Assembly: GCF_006345805.1 (NCBI RefSeq)
Contig: NC_042998.1
Coordinates: 28,830,001-28,894,000 of the forward strand
Origin: Octopus sinensis
Lineage: Eukaryota
Reading direction: 5' to 3'
DNA: 64,000 nt
The notes under the pieces are model-generated. The model made no database searches and had not been told where the DNA came from. It saw only the letters and a list, made by a program, of their open reading frames with translations. The translations under genes were made by a program, and so were the position numbers. Position 1 is the stretch's first letter. Every line of letters begins with the position of its first letter. Positions 39,704 to 51,375 of the stretch are shown piece by piece.

Positions 39704-39888
39704 AGTTCTATATTTAAGAGATGAGGAATTATGTACATTATTTATATTATTTACATTTGACGGATATCTGTACTCATCTTGTTTGTTGTTAACGCAACAT
39801 TTTGGCTGATATACCCTCCAGCCTTCATCAGGTGTCTTGTGGAAATTTTGAACCTGGGTTCTCATTCCTAAGGTATTTTTCGATATTA

Positions 39889-39923
<35 letters not shown>

Positions 39924-39995
39924 CAAGTCACTGCTTGGAATTGAATTCGGAATCTTGGGGTTTAGAAGCCCACGCTCTTAACCACTATGCCATAT
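39704..39995 (-). mobile_element. tRNA-headed hammerhead SINE, most complete copy (motif 39792-39835, G12A)
   Basis: ATGGCATAGTGGTTAAGAGCGTGGGC..GAATTCAATTCC, (AAT)n, then ACAC CTGATGA A GGCTG..CAGCC AAA ATGT T GCGT, then tail. Confidence 0.85.
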
Positions 39996-40710
39996 GACAT
40001 AACCCTTCTCCCAAAACTGCTGGCTTTGTGCAAAAATTCGAAACAAATTTTATCAATGTATCTCAATCTTTGTGATTTTTGTTAGGAGACAGCATTTAAT
40101 ATTATTAGTGTACATTTACTAATTTACCTTATCTAAGCTCAGACCACTAAATAGGGACAGAGTACAGCAAATCGCAGAGACCCAGTATATAAATGGTACT
40201 TACTTCATCAACTCCCAAGAGTGAAAATACCACTATTATGATAGACTAAACTGATGATGATGGTGGTGGTGATGATGATGTGTTATGTTCACCTATTCAC
40301 ATAGCGTTCAGAAAATCTGGAGAAACGGCAGAAGCAAAGCACGACTATTAAATAATCAATAAGCAAATCATTATCAATCAGAAATGGAATCTTTGACTTT
40401 TCTTAAAAGAATATAAATTTGTTGTTATCAAAAGGCAACATCAGAGGAAGCGAGTCTGGCAGATTACTTTGAATTCTCTGTTTTGGCATATATTCCATAT
40501 GCTGCAAGAAACAGAGTTAAATATCTTTAAGATAGTCTGGGGAAAAAAAAAAGAAAGAAAAACCCTTGCCAACATACAATTATTCAAAGACAAGAACCAC
40601 CTCTTCCACATGCACTCACGTTCACAAACACTTTCACAGAAGCAAATAAATGTGCCAACATTTGTAAAGTCATATAAATTCAAATACACACTGAAAGACA
40701 AAAATAAATG

Positions 40711-40741
<31 letters not shown>

Positions 40742-40828
40742 AAGCATACACTAATGTTCATGTGTATGCATGTGCACATACACACATATATGAATCATAA
40801 GCATATATATATATATATATATATAAAT

Positions 40829-41140
40829 ATGTGGAGGCGCAATGGCCCAGTGGTTAGGGCAACGGACTCGTGGTCGTAGGATTGCAGTTTCGATTCCCAG
40901 ACCGAGCGTTGTGCGTGTTTATTGAGCGAAAACACCTAAAGCTCCACGAGGCTCCGGCAGGGGCTGGTGGCGACCCCTGCTGTACTCTTTCGCCACAACT
41001 TTCTCTCACTCTTTCTTCTCTTGGCCTGCTCGCTTAGCCAGCGGGGTGGCGGCATTTGAAGGCTAAAACAATGTGAAGCGCATTGTGACCAGCGATGTGT
41101 AACAACATCTGATAGCCTGGTTGGTCACGTGATCACGTGA
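40829..41140 (+). mobile_element. tRNA(Arg)-like SINE with alternative 3' tail
   Basis: Shares head and body with 25690-25997 up to CAACTTTCTCTCACTCTTTC, then diverges. Confidence 0.8.
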
Positions 41141-41827
41141 TATATATATATGTGTGTGTGTGTGTGTATATATATATGTGTATATATATATGTATATATA
41201 TGTGTGCACAAACATATACACACACATATAGATATGACAGGCTTCTTTCAGTTTCCATCTACCAAATTCATTTACAGCTTTGGTTAGCTTGAGGCTATAG
41301 TAGAAGACACTTGCCCAATGTGCCACGCAGTGGGACTGAACCCAGACCCATGTGGTTTGTAAGCAAGCTACATACCACACGGCCACTCCTGCACCTATAT
41401 GATGGAAGAATAGGGGATATCTAATTCTGTCTAGCATGAAGCAAGGCTTATGCTATTTGGATATGATAAGAAGTGGATATGATGACAGTAATATATAAGA
41501 CATGGCTTAAGATGTATCACAAATCAGTAACAGGCGGTATCTAGCCTGAGATAATCTGAAGATCAGAAAATAAAGAGGTCAGATTTGATGGAATGCAGGA
41601 TTAACTGTTGAAATGAGCAATCCAGACAGCATAAGGGAAACCATAGTGAAGCTCATACATCATTAGATTGTATAATAATATTAGAATATTGGATGGTATT
41701 TAATTGAAAGTTTTGGTGTCCAAATTATACTTATTTTCTTAGGATGGTCACATGACATGAATTCCAATTAATGCAATTTTAAGAAACACACAAAAACCGT
41801 TAGATTCACTTCAACATTTAAATTTAA

Positions 41828-41878
41828 TTTGTCAAAATATTTTCGTCACATTGAGACCGCGACCTGTTCACTGACAAA
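41828..41878 (-). ncRNA. Mirror G3:C8 hammerhead fold
   Basis: TTTGTCA GTGAACA G GTCGC GGTCTCAAT GTGAC GAA AATATT T TGACAAA. Confidence 0.7.
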
Positions 41879-41924
41879 ACTCCATGCTGCATCTCGGAGT
41901 TTTGTCAGTGATGCAGCATGGAGT

Positions 41925-41975
41925 TTTGTCAGTGAACAGGTCGTGGCCTCAAAGTGACGAAAATATTTTGACAAA
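41925..41975 (+). ncRNA. Type I hammerhead fold with variant core GUGAACA (G3:C8)
   Basis: TTTGTCA(41925-31) GTGAACA(32-38) G GTCGT(40-44) loop GTGAC(54-58) GAA(59-61) AATATT(62-67) T68 TGACAAA(69-75). Confidence 0.7.
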
Positions 41976-42841
41976 TTAAATTTAAATGTTGAAGTGAATC
42001 TAACGGTTTTTGTGTGTTTCTTAAATGGCTTATAAACACCTTCCACGCTGCAAATGTTTTCGTTCCAGCACACGATCTCAGATCAGGTCACTTGCTATGC
42101 AAGTACATCTCCATAAAGTAATTTTAATATATATAAAGCAATGTATATACAATCCATCACAGATCAAGAGCAACAGTGATAGATTTTTCTAATTCAGTAA
42201 AATTTCAACTTTTAATCAAATATGGAGAACTAAGGGTCATGCTTAGAATAGAAAGAAAAGGCAATGTGTCACAGATAACTTTTGGCTCATCTGTAGATGA
42301 TAATGCAACAAAGCTCTACATCTTTCGAAGAAGAGATGCTCAAGTTAAACTGTAATCTCATTTGGAAACCTGTTTGGTTTCTTAATAAAATTAAGTATAT
42401 TTAGTTACTTTCTTATTTTAGTATTTTCATATTAAATTATTAGCTTAAAGATTTAAATGCGCAGAGCATTGACTCTTGTTAACGAATTTTAAATAGCAAA
42501 AGAAATATTAAGCCAACCATTTAAAGCTGTTTTTATGATGTCGAGAGAAGATTATGCTAGAGTTAATCTGTATGTAATGCTTCCCGATTATACTCCATAG
42601 ACAGATATGATACATTTACGTAAAATGACATCATATTCTGCAAAGATCTTGTAATAGCAGCAGAACAAATCCCATACAAACAGATTTCCAACATTATAAT
42701 CGACATATTCTGACATGAAATGCAAAAGTATTTAAGGAATGGTAAGCAGAGAACTTTAAATTCCTCAACTTCAAATACTGATATACACTAATTTAGTATT
42801 GGGACTATCTTCATTGAGTGTACTAACCAGGTACAAACGTC

Positions 42842-42883
<42 letters not shown>

Positions 42884-43184
42884 AAATAAGAAAATGGAGA
42901 AATACATCTAAATCAAATATCAATTACCAGATAATACTCAATCACATACTTTATTAAACCACCACATAAGAAACTATAGGGTTAAACATAAAAAAGTAGA
43001 GCAAAACAGTGTACATAAAGGAGTATACATAAAAAATTATACATAAAAAAGTAATGTTATACAATAAGTAGAATATATATAAGAGAATATAAATATAAGT
43101 AAATATAAATATAAATATAGATTACATCTTACAGCTGTTTCAGCCATGTAGATAAGTTGCATTTACAACCCCTATCTCAATTTG

Positions 43185-43229
<45 letters not shown>

Positions 43230-43295
43230 GTATGCACACACTCATACACACATATATATACATACACACACACACATCATCATCATATATATACA

Positions 43296-43800
43296 TGTGT
43301 TACGTATGGATGAGGACAGCTGTGTGAGGAAGTGCCACTCCCTAACTGTGGAAGGAACCTGTAAAAGAGGTTGATGCAGGAAGATCTGGGATGAGGTGGT
43401 GAAGCATGACCTTCGAACATTGGGCTTCAAAGAGGTAATAGCAGGAGACTGGGACTTTTGGAGATATGCTGTGATTGAGAAAATCTGACAACTAAAGTGA
43501 GATCGCAGCTACGCATGTCCAGCCCAGTTAAGAGTACCCCTGATGCGTCATGTGATATGATATGCTTGAGAAGACCTGTTGAGTCAAGCAAAACCAATAT
43601 CATAGCTGTGGCCAGTGCCCCCTGACTGGCTCCTGTGCTAGTGACACTTAAAAAGCACTATCCAAATGTGGTCAATGCCAGGTCCACCTGACTGGCACCC
43701 ATGCTGGTGACACATGAAAAGCACTATCTGAACATGATCGATGCCAGGCACGCCTGACTGGCCCCTGTGCTGGTGGCATGTAAAAAGCACCCACTACACT
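43296..43800 (+). mobile_element. RTE LINE 3' end plus UTR, followed by an inverted UTR piece (43843-43960)
   Basis: VLRMDEDSCVRKCHSLTVEGTCKRG*CRKIWDEVVKHDLRTLG; AAAAAGCACCCACTA pairs with TAGTGGGTGCTTTTT. Confidence 0.8.
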
Positions 43801-44524
43801 CCCAGCCAGATGTCCTTCCTAATGCCAACCACCCCAAAAGTCTAGTGGGTGCTTTTTACGTGCCACCAGTGCAGGAGCCAGTCAGGCAGGTCTGGATCAA
43901 TTGTGTTTGGATAGTGCTTTTTTAACATGCCACCGGCATGGGAGCCAGCCAGTCAGTGGGTATTGGCATCATACATATATACATACACACACTCATTAAT
44001 AATAAAGGAATAATATGGAGAGCTTCTCACAATGTGATGAGACAATAATTTATCACTTCCTTATGTTTTGTGTGAATCATCTATTTAGAGAAGAAAAGCA
44101 ATTAACAAATAACTGGAAACCAGACATTGTTTTACTGTAGAAAACATATGGCTATCTCTGGTTTCTAATAATTCATTAGCTTTCCCTCTGCAGATGGGTG
44201 ACTCACCTGAAATATAAGGAATTAATTATTAACTCTCTCCACAACCTTGTAAGAAACTCCTTGCATTATTTCCTTTTTGCTTTCTTATATTTATTACATT
44301 TGAAGCAATGCAAACTTCCATATTCCTCTATGTATGTATGCATACATAAATAAATATTTACACACACACACACACATATATACATATATATAAGTTCAGT
44401 AAAATTTAGATTCAGTTGAATATGTTATTTAAGTTAAAGGCAGCAGAATTTAGTATGGTATTATCCATATATTTCAAAATGAGGTGATTACAATCAAAAT
44501 AAGCAACAAGGATATCCAGAGGTA

Positions 44525-44614
44525 ATGCAGTACGATCGTTTCATGCAACTCCATTTAATTGACCAATGCAAATATTACAACAATTTTAAAATGTAGATCA
44601 ATCTTCAGCTGCAT
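44525..44614 (-). ncRNA. Type I hammerhead, intact core, predicted GUA cleavage between 44531 and 44530
   Basis: Perfect 6-bp stem I ATGCAG/CTGCAT; CTGAAGA; imperfect long stem II; GAA; palindromic ACGATCGT; A. Confidence 0.7.
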
Positions 44615-46195
44615 AAAAATATAGAATATAGACCTATTCTGGTCCCAGTTTTACCTTCCAAACTAAAAAAAAAAAAAGATACAAACCTATCAAAATGCTC
44701 TCAGTTTTAGATTACACGGAATATTAATGCAATACGAGAATAATGTAACCTTCCTCAAGTTTTGTTGCCAAGCAATATCCAGTTATTCAAAGTCATCTTA
44801 TTCTAACATTAATAAATGTTATTTACTTTTTTATCCCTAAAACTCGTCTATATTATCATATTATAAACTTCCCATATGAATTTTCTCATACATATCGTAT
44901 AAGCTAAAAAGAAATCCTGTATACAGAGCTGACATTTAGTTAATGATGGCACTTCTTTATCTCTTATTTGTATGCCTTGTCTTAGGTCCTTTGCTTTCCA
45001 TATGCCTGCATCTTCCACCTTGGAACTGAAGGTGCTTTCTGAGTTTCTTTTTGTTAATTTGTGCTTGTTAATATGGATTTTTTTTTCACCTGATTCATTC
45101 ATTGTAACATCTGCTTATTTCTCAAGAAGTGGTGTTCTTTTGAATTGCTGTAGAGTGTTGTAAGCATATATTTTGATTAGATTTTGCTACAGCCTAACAA
45201 TAAAGACAACTCGTGTATTATCAAATATTTCTGATTACCAGTAATGTATCTGATATAACTAGAGTCACTCAACCATCCTCAAATGTTAGGAGTATTGTGT
45301 GTTGTATGATACAGCCAAAGCTTCAGTTAACCCTTTGCCATTAAAATTTTCCTATCAATTTAATACTTATTCATATGCCTTCATCATCATCGTTTAACGT
45401 CCGTTCTCCATGCTAGCATGGGTTGGATGGTTCGAATGGGGATCTGGGAAGCCAGAAAGCTGCACCAGGCTCCAGTCTGATCTGGCAGTGTTTCTACAGC
45501 TGGATGCCCTTCCTAATGCCAACCACTCCGTGAGTGTAGTGGGTGCTTTTTACATGCCAGGCGAGGCTGGCAGCGGCCACGATTGGATTGGTGCATTTTA
45601 TGTGCCACCAGCATGGAAGCCAATCAAGGCGGCACTGGCATCGGCCAGAAATCCTGCATTATATTGCAGCTTTGAGATTTGGATGATGTGATTGTTTATC
45701 ACTAGATATATTTGGGTTGGATATGGCTGGCTTAAGTGCTAAAGAATTAAAGGCACAAATAGCACTGAGTGGTTAAGGAGGTTGCTCCATAATTCCATAG
45801 TTCTTGGTTCAAACGCACAGTGTAGCACCAAGAACAACTGTTATCTACCTTCGTCTCTGGTTGACCAATACCTTATAAGTAAAATTTTGTAGACGGAAAC
45901 TGTGCAGAAACCTGTCTTATATGTCTTACTCACACACTCTTTTAACTTTTACTTGTATCAGTCATTAGACTATGGCCATACTGGGGCACTACCTCAGGAA
46001 TTTTGAGTCAAATGAATTAACGGTAATACTTTTTTTTAAAGCCTGGTATTTATTCTGTCAGTTTCTTTTGCTTAACCACTAAGTTACTGGGATGTAAACA
46101 CACCAACACCAGTTGTGAAGTGGTCATGGGGGACAGACACAGGCACACATACACATACACACGCATGTGTGTATATATATATATATGTGTATAAT

Positions 46196-46199
<4 letters not shown>

Positions 46200-46226
<27 letters not shown>

Positions 46227-46868
46227 GATGAGATTCTTTCAGTTTCCATCTACCAGATTCACTCGCAGGCTTTGGCTGACCTGAGGCTAAAGTAGATGGA
46301 AACTGAAAGAAGCCTGTTGTATGTGTGTGTGTGTGTATATATATATATATGTATATATAAATACATTGTTTACATTTCATGGATATGTATCCTCATCTTG
46401 TTTGTTGTTAACACGTTTTGGCATATATACCCTCAAGGCATATATACCCTCAAGGCATATATACCCTCAAGGCATATACCCTCAAGGCATATATACCCTC
46501 AAGGCTTCATTTCAAATTTCAAACCTGGATTCTTATTCCTAAGCTATTTTTTGATATTATTATTATTGTATTAGGAATGAGAACCTAGGTTTGAAATTTC
46601 CCGAAAACACCTGAGGAAGGCTGGAGGGTATATCAGCTAAAATGTTGTGTTAACAACAAACAAGATGAGGACAAATGTCCGTCAAATGTAAACAATGTAT
46701 ATAATTCCTTATCTCTTAAATATAGAAGTGTAATACATATATATATATTATATATATATATATGTATATATATGATGAGATTCTTTCAGTTTCCATCTAC
46801 CAGATTCACTCGCATGGCTTTGGCTGACTGAGGCTAAAGTAGATGGAAACTGAAAGAAGCCTGTTGTA

Positions 46869-46901
<33 letters not shown>

Positions 46902-47295
46902 GTATATATAAATACATTGTTTACATTTCATGGATATGTATCCTCATCTTGTTTGTTGTTAACACAACGTTTTGGCATATATACCCTCAAGGCATATATA
47001 CCCTCAAGGCATATATACCCTCAAGGCATATATACCCTCAAGGCATATATACCCTCAAGGCTTCATTTCAAATTTCAAACCTGGATTCTTATTCCTAAGC
47101 TATTTTTTGATATTATTATTATTGTTATTAGGAATGAGAACCTAGGTTTGAAATTTCCCGAAAACACCTGAGGAAGGCTGGAGGGTATATCAGCTAAAAT
47201 GTTGTGTTAACAACAAACAAGATGAGGACAAATGTCCGTCAAATGTAAACAATGTATATAATTCCTTATCTCTTAAATATAGAAGTGTAATACAT
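46200..47295. repeat. 547-bp tandem duplication; each unit holds a SINE hairpin and a head-to-head hammerhead-SINE pair
   Basis: GATGAGATTC at 46227 and 46774; 20-bp inverted repeat 46234-46253/46292-46311; decayed hammerheads at 46607-46650 and 47164-47207; 17-mer arrays at 46420-46502 and 46974-47058. Confidence 0.92.
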
Positions 47296-47296
47296 A

Positions 47297-47332
<36 letters not shown>

Positions 47333-48295
47333 TGTATGTATATGTATGTATGTCTGTTCGTCCCCCCACTACCACTTGACAACCAATGTTGGTGTGTTTA
47401 TATCCCCGTAACTTAGCAATTCGGCAAAATAGGCCGATGGAATAAGTATTGGGCTTACAAAGAATAAGTCCTGGGTTTGATTTGTTCGACTAAAGACGTT
47501 GCTCCAGCATGGCCACAGTCTAATGACTGAAACAAATAAAACAATAAAATAAATAAACAAAATAAGTCAGCAGAAATGATGGTGGGGATAAAATCTATGT
47601 TGCAGTATTTTGTTCGTCTTCTTCAGAGTATTAAGTTCAAACATTGTTGAACTGAAAGTCTCTTTATATTCGTGTGAGGCTAAGAAGCTGCGTCCAAGTG
47701 ATAGTCTATGATTGGGTCCAATTTTGTATTTGCCAACCTTAAACAAAAATTAGCTTGTGTGAAGTGAAGAATAATCAATATTTCTTATACGGAAGCAAAC
47801 AAAGTTGTAATAGGAATGATTAAATGGAACTCTAAAATTGGCTTTCATGTGTTTTCATAAAATGGAGCCAAAAGAGGAAATATGACCCAAATCATCAGGT
47901 TTAAATATATTTCACTATTGTGGTGGTGGTGGTGGTGGTGATGATGATGATGATGATGATTTTGTTCAACCCTTGGTCAGGTCTGTTTGAGCTGAGAAAT
48001 ATGTCTCTTGTAGATCTAAAGCTACATTGCACAATGTCTCGTTCAATTTATATCTACGGTAGCACGTAAAAAGCACCAACCGCTCATGGCCATTGCAAGC
48101 CTCCCCTGGCACCTGTGTTGGTGACACGTAAAACGCACCCACTACACTCTTGGAGTGGTTGGTTTTAGGAAAGGCATCTAGCTGTAGGAAGTTTGCTAGA
48201 TCAGACTGGAGCCTGGTGCAGCCGTCTGGTTCACCAGTCTTCAGTCAAACCGTCAAACCCATGCCAGCATGGAAAGCAGACGTAAACAACAATGA

Positions 48296-48331
<36 letters not shown>

Positions 48332-48616
48332 CAGACTCTTGTATCTTGTTTTCTTTGAGATGACTCAATTCTTTTGTTTGTTTGTTTGTTTTTTTGTCTT
48401 TTATTCTTGTCTAAGTTGTTTATATTGTGCTTAAGGAATTATTGGAATTCAAGAACAAATGTCAAAGTTTATTTCTGTTCAAATAAATGATTCCTTCTCC
48501 ATTTTCTTTTTCTTGTTACTAAACTAAAAATAATAAATTAGTAAAAAAGATACGATTAATAATAGTACTAGTAATATGAATAATAATAATAATACTAATA
48601 ACAATATACCGTTTTC

Positions 48617-48656
<40 letters not shown>

Positions 48657-48939
48657 GTTGTTGTTATGGATGTGTCTCAAAGTAATCTTATTTAACAATA
48701 TATTGTTTTCCTTCCACCATTTTAAATCAAATTATCTTATTAAGAGAGCAATGTGGTTTTTATACTTTATACTCTTAGAAATGTTTATATTGATGATGAT
48801 GATGGTGGTGGTGGTGGCGGTGGTTTTTGATTTGGTATGTTTGAATAGAATTTACAAGATATCCTCCAATACACAATCACACATCTATACACATACAGAC
48901 ACACAGACACCTATATCTACATACATCTATAAATATATA

Positions 48940-49316
48940 CATACATGTATGTATATATTTGTAGAGAGACACACATAGTATCATACGTGTATACATGTAT
49001 ATATATATATATATATATATTTATGTATGTGTGTGTATATACATATATGTATCTATGTGTGCATGTATATATGTGTGTGTATATGTGTGTGTATATATAC
49101 ATATGTGTCTGTGTATATATACATGTGTGTGTGTATATTTATATATATATATACATATGTATGTATATATATATATACATATATATGTATATATATATAT
49201 GTATGTACATAAATGTGTGTGTATGTGTATATATGTGTGTAATATATACATGTATGTATGTGTATGTATATATATATATATATATATATGTATATTACAT
49301 ATATGTGTATATATAT

Positions 49317-49348
<32 letters not shown>

Positions 49349-49350
49349 AT
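48940..49350. repeat. Compound (TA)/(TG) microsatellite
   Basis: Directly visible. Confidence 0.95.
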
Positions 49351-50124
49351 CAAAGTAAAAAGAATTTTATATATTTATGAATTGAAATATGAAAAGCATT
49401 ATCAGAGACAACACCCACATAGATTTATACTCAGAGGCACAGAGCCATGCATGCACGTATTCATGAGAAACATATCTTGTGTGTGTGTGATTGAGTATTA
49501 TATGTCGGTGAAGCCTGTCCTAAGTTGACAGAAATGATTGAAAATAACATCGATAAATATTTTACATTAGACAGAATAAATATTGGTTACTTAGAGACAA
49601 GAACTTTTTGGGGTGAAGAAGTACAATATACAAAAGTCAACCAAACCAAAGTCGGAGTAATACTGGCAGCTGTTGGTTCTTTTTGTTGTTGTTGTTGTTA
49701 TTGTTGTTGTGGTTGCCATTTTCGAGTGTGGCCGTTGCCAGTACTGCCAGACTGGCCCTTGTGTGCCGGTGGCATGTAAAAAGCACCCACTACACTCTCG
49801 GAGTGGTTGGCGTTAGGAAGGGCATCCAGCTGTAGAAACTCTGCCAGATCAAGATTGGAGCCTGGTGCAGCTATCTGGTTCGCCAGCCCTCAATCAAACC
49901 GTCCAACCCATGCTAGCATGGAAAGCGGATGTTAAACGATGATGATCATGATATATGTATATATATATATATATATATAAAGAGAGAGAGAGAGAGAGAG
50001 GGATGGATGAATTGATCAATGGAAAGATAGATAGACAGATACATAGATAAATAGATAGATATAGATATGTATATGAAAGTAATTTCATTGCTACTACTTG
50101 AAGTACCATCTTCAAATATAAAAT

Positions 50125-50183
<59 letters not shown>

Positions 50184-51320
50184 CTGTCCAATCCAATATA
50201 TTTCATTTGTTTTATTAATTCCCAAGAAAAAGTGGTACGTTATTTAAAATTATCTTTATATTTAATATATATATATACATACAGACACGCTCACACACAT
50301 TTATACATATACATATATCCAGAAGCACTGTAAGTACATCATGGGTATAAAGATATAATTAGGTTTCTTTTTTTTTATGCAACATCTTTAAATCAATATT
50401 GAATGTACGATAAATAATGAAATAATATAATATAATATAAGTTGGAATAAAAATAAAATACAGAGAGAAGCCATTTTGATTATTGAAGAAAGAGAAAGAA
50501 AACAAATGATTCTCATAGCAAACCTGAGGGGAAAAAAGCAATAAACATTACCAGTGTAAGGAACAACCCGAAACTAATTATATTTTCTGTGACTGGCCAC
50601 AAATGAGCCAATATTAGCAGTTGTTGAATGTGGAAGCAAATATCTAAAGACCAATCTTTAAGATTGTCGCTGGTAAACCAAACAACAGCAACAAATAATA
50701 ATAATGATAATGATAACAATAATGATAATAATGATTGGATTTGAAGAAGAAGTAGACGATGCCGAAGTGGAATGTGATGGTGACAATGACTTTCTTTTGT
50801 ATGTGATGACAAAAATTATCATCTTGAAAGACAAAGAAAATGCCTGGCAGCGTGACAATTTGCACTTGTGTAGGTTTATTATTGTAGTATTAAGCTGAAT
50901 TGAAACAGCTTCCACCTACAATAAGAATTCGCTATTGTTTTGTTTACTAAACCGATGGATAATTGCTAACTTCTGTTCAGGAGTTCTAAATCTAGCCATC
51001 ACCACCCACAAACACTGCGTTTAATCTTTAATCCTGCCAGTCATGAACGAGAAACAAACGAATAAATAATTTAAATGAATGATAAATAAACCTAGAAAGA
51101 AGGTTTACTTTGCGTTCTTACTTTTTTTTTTAAAAACTTTTCATTTCCATTTTGTTTCTAAATTTCTTTTTGCTTCCTTGTCTTCAAAGATAATGGTTGA
51201 TTAGCTTTCAAAGAAAATGTTCAGAATAGTTGAAAGAGAATACATCCCCACCACAAAGTATTATTTTATTTGCGACTTTAATTCTTTGTGTGTGTGTATG
51301 TATGTATGTGTATCTATCTA

Positions 51321-51375
<55 letters not shown>

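Larger units (their letters stand above)
41781..42113. repeat. ~250-bp palindrome of the G3:C8 hammerhead family; right arm continues unpaired to 42113
   Basis: About 41781-41893 pairs with 41910-42027; the central spacer repeats GGAGTTTTGTCAGTGA. Confidence 0.92.

Noticed and set aside
50359-50915. Overlapping membrane-protein-like ORFs
   Set aside because: The hydrophobicity comes from (ATT/ATC)n and T-rich tracts.
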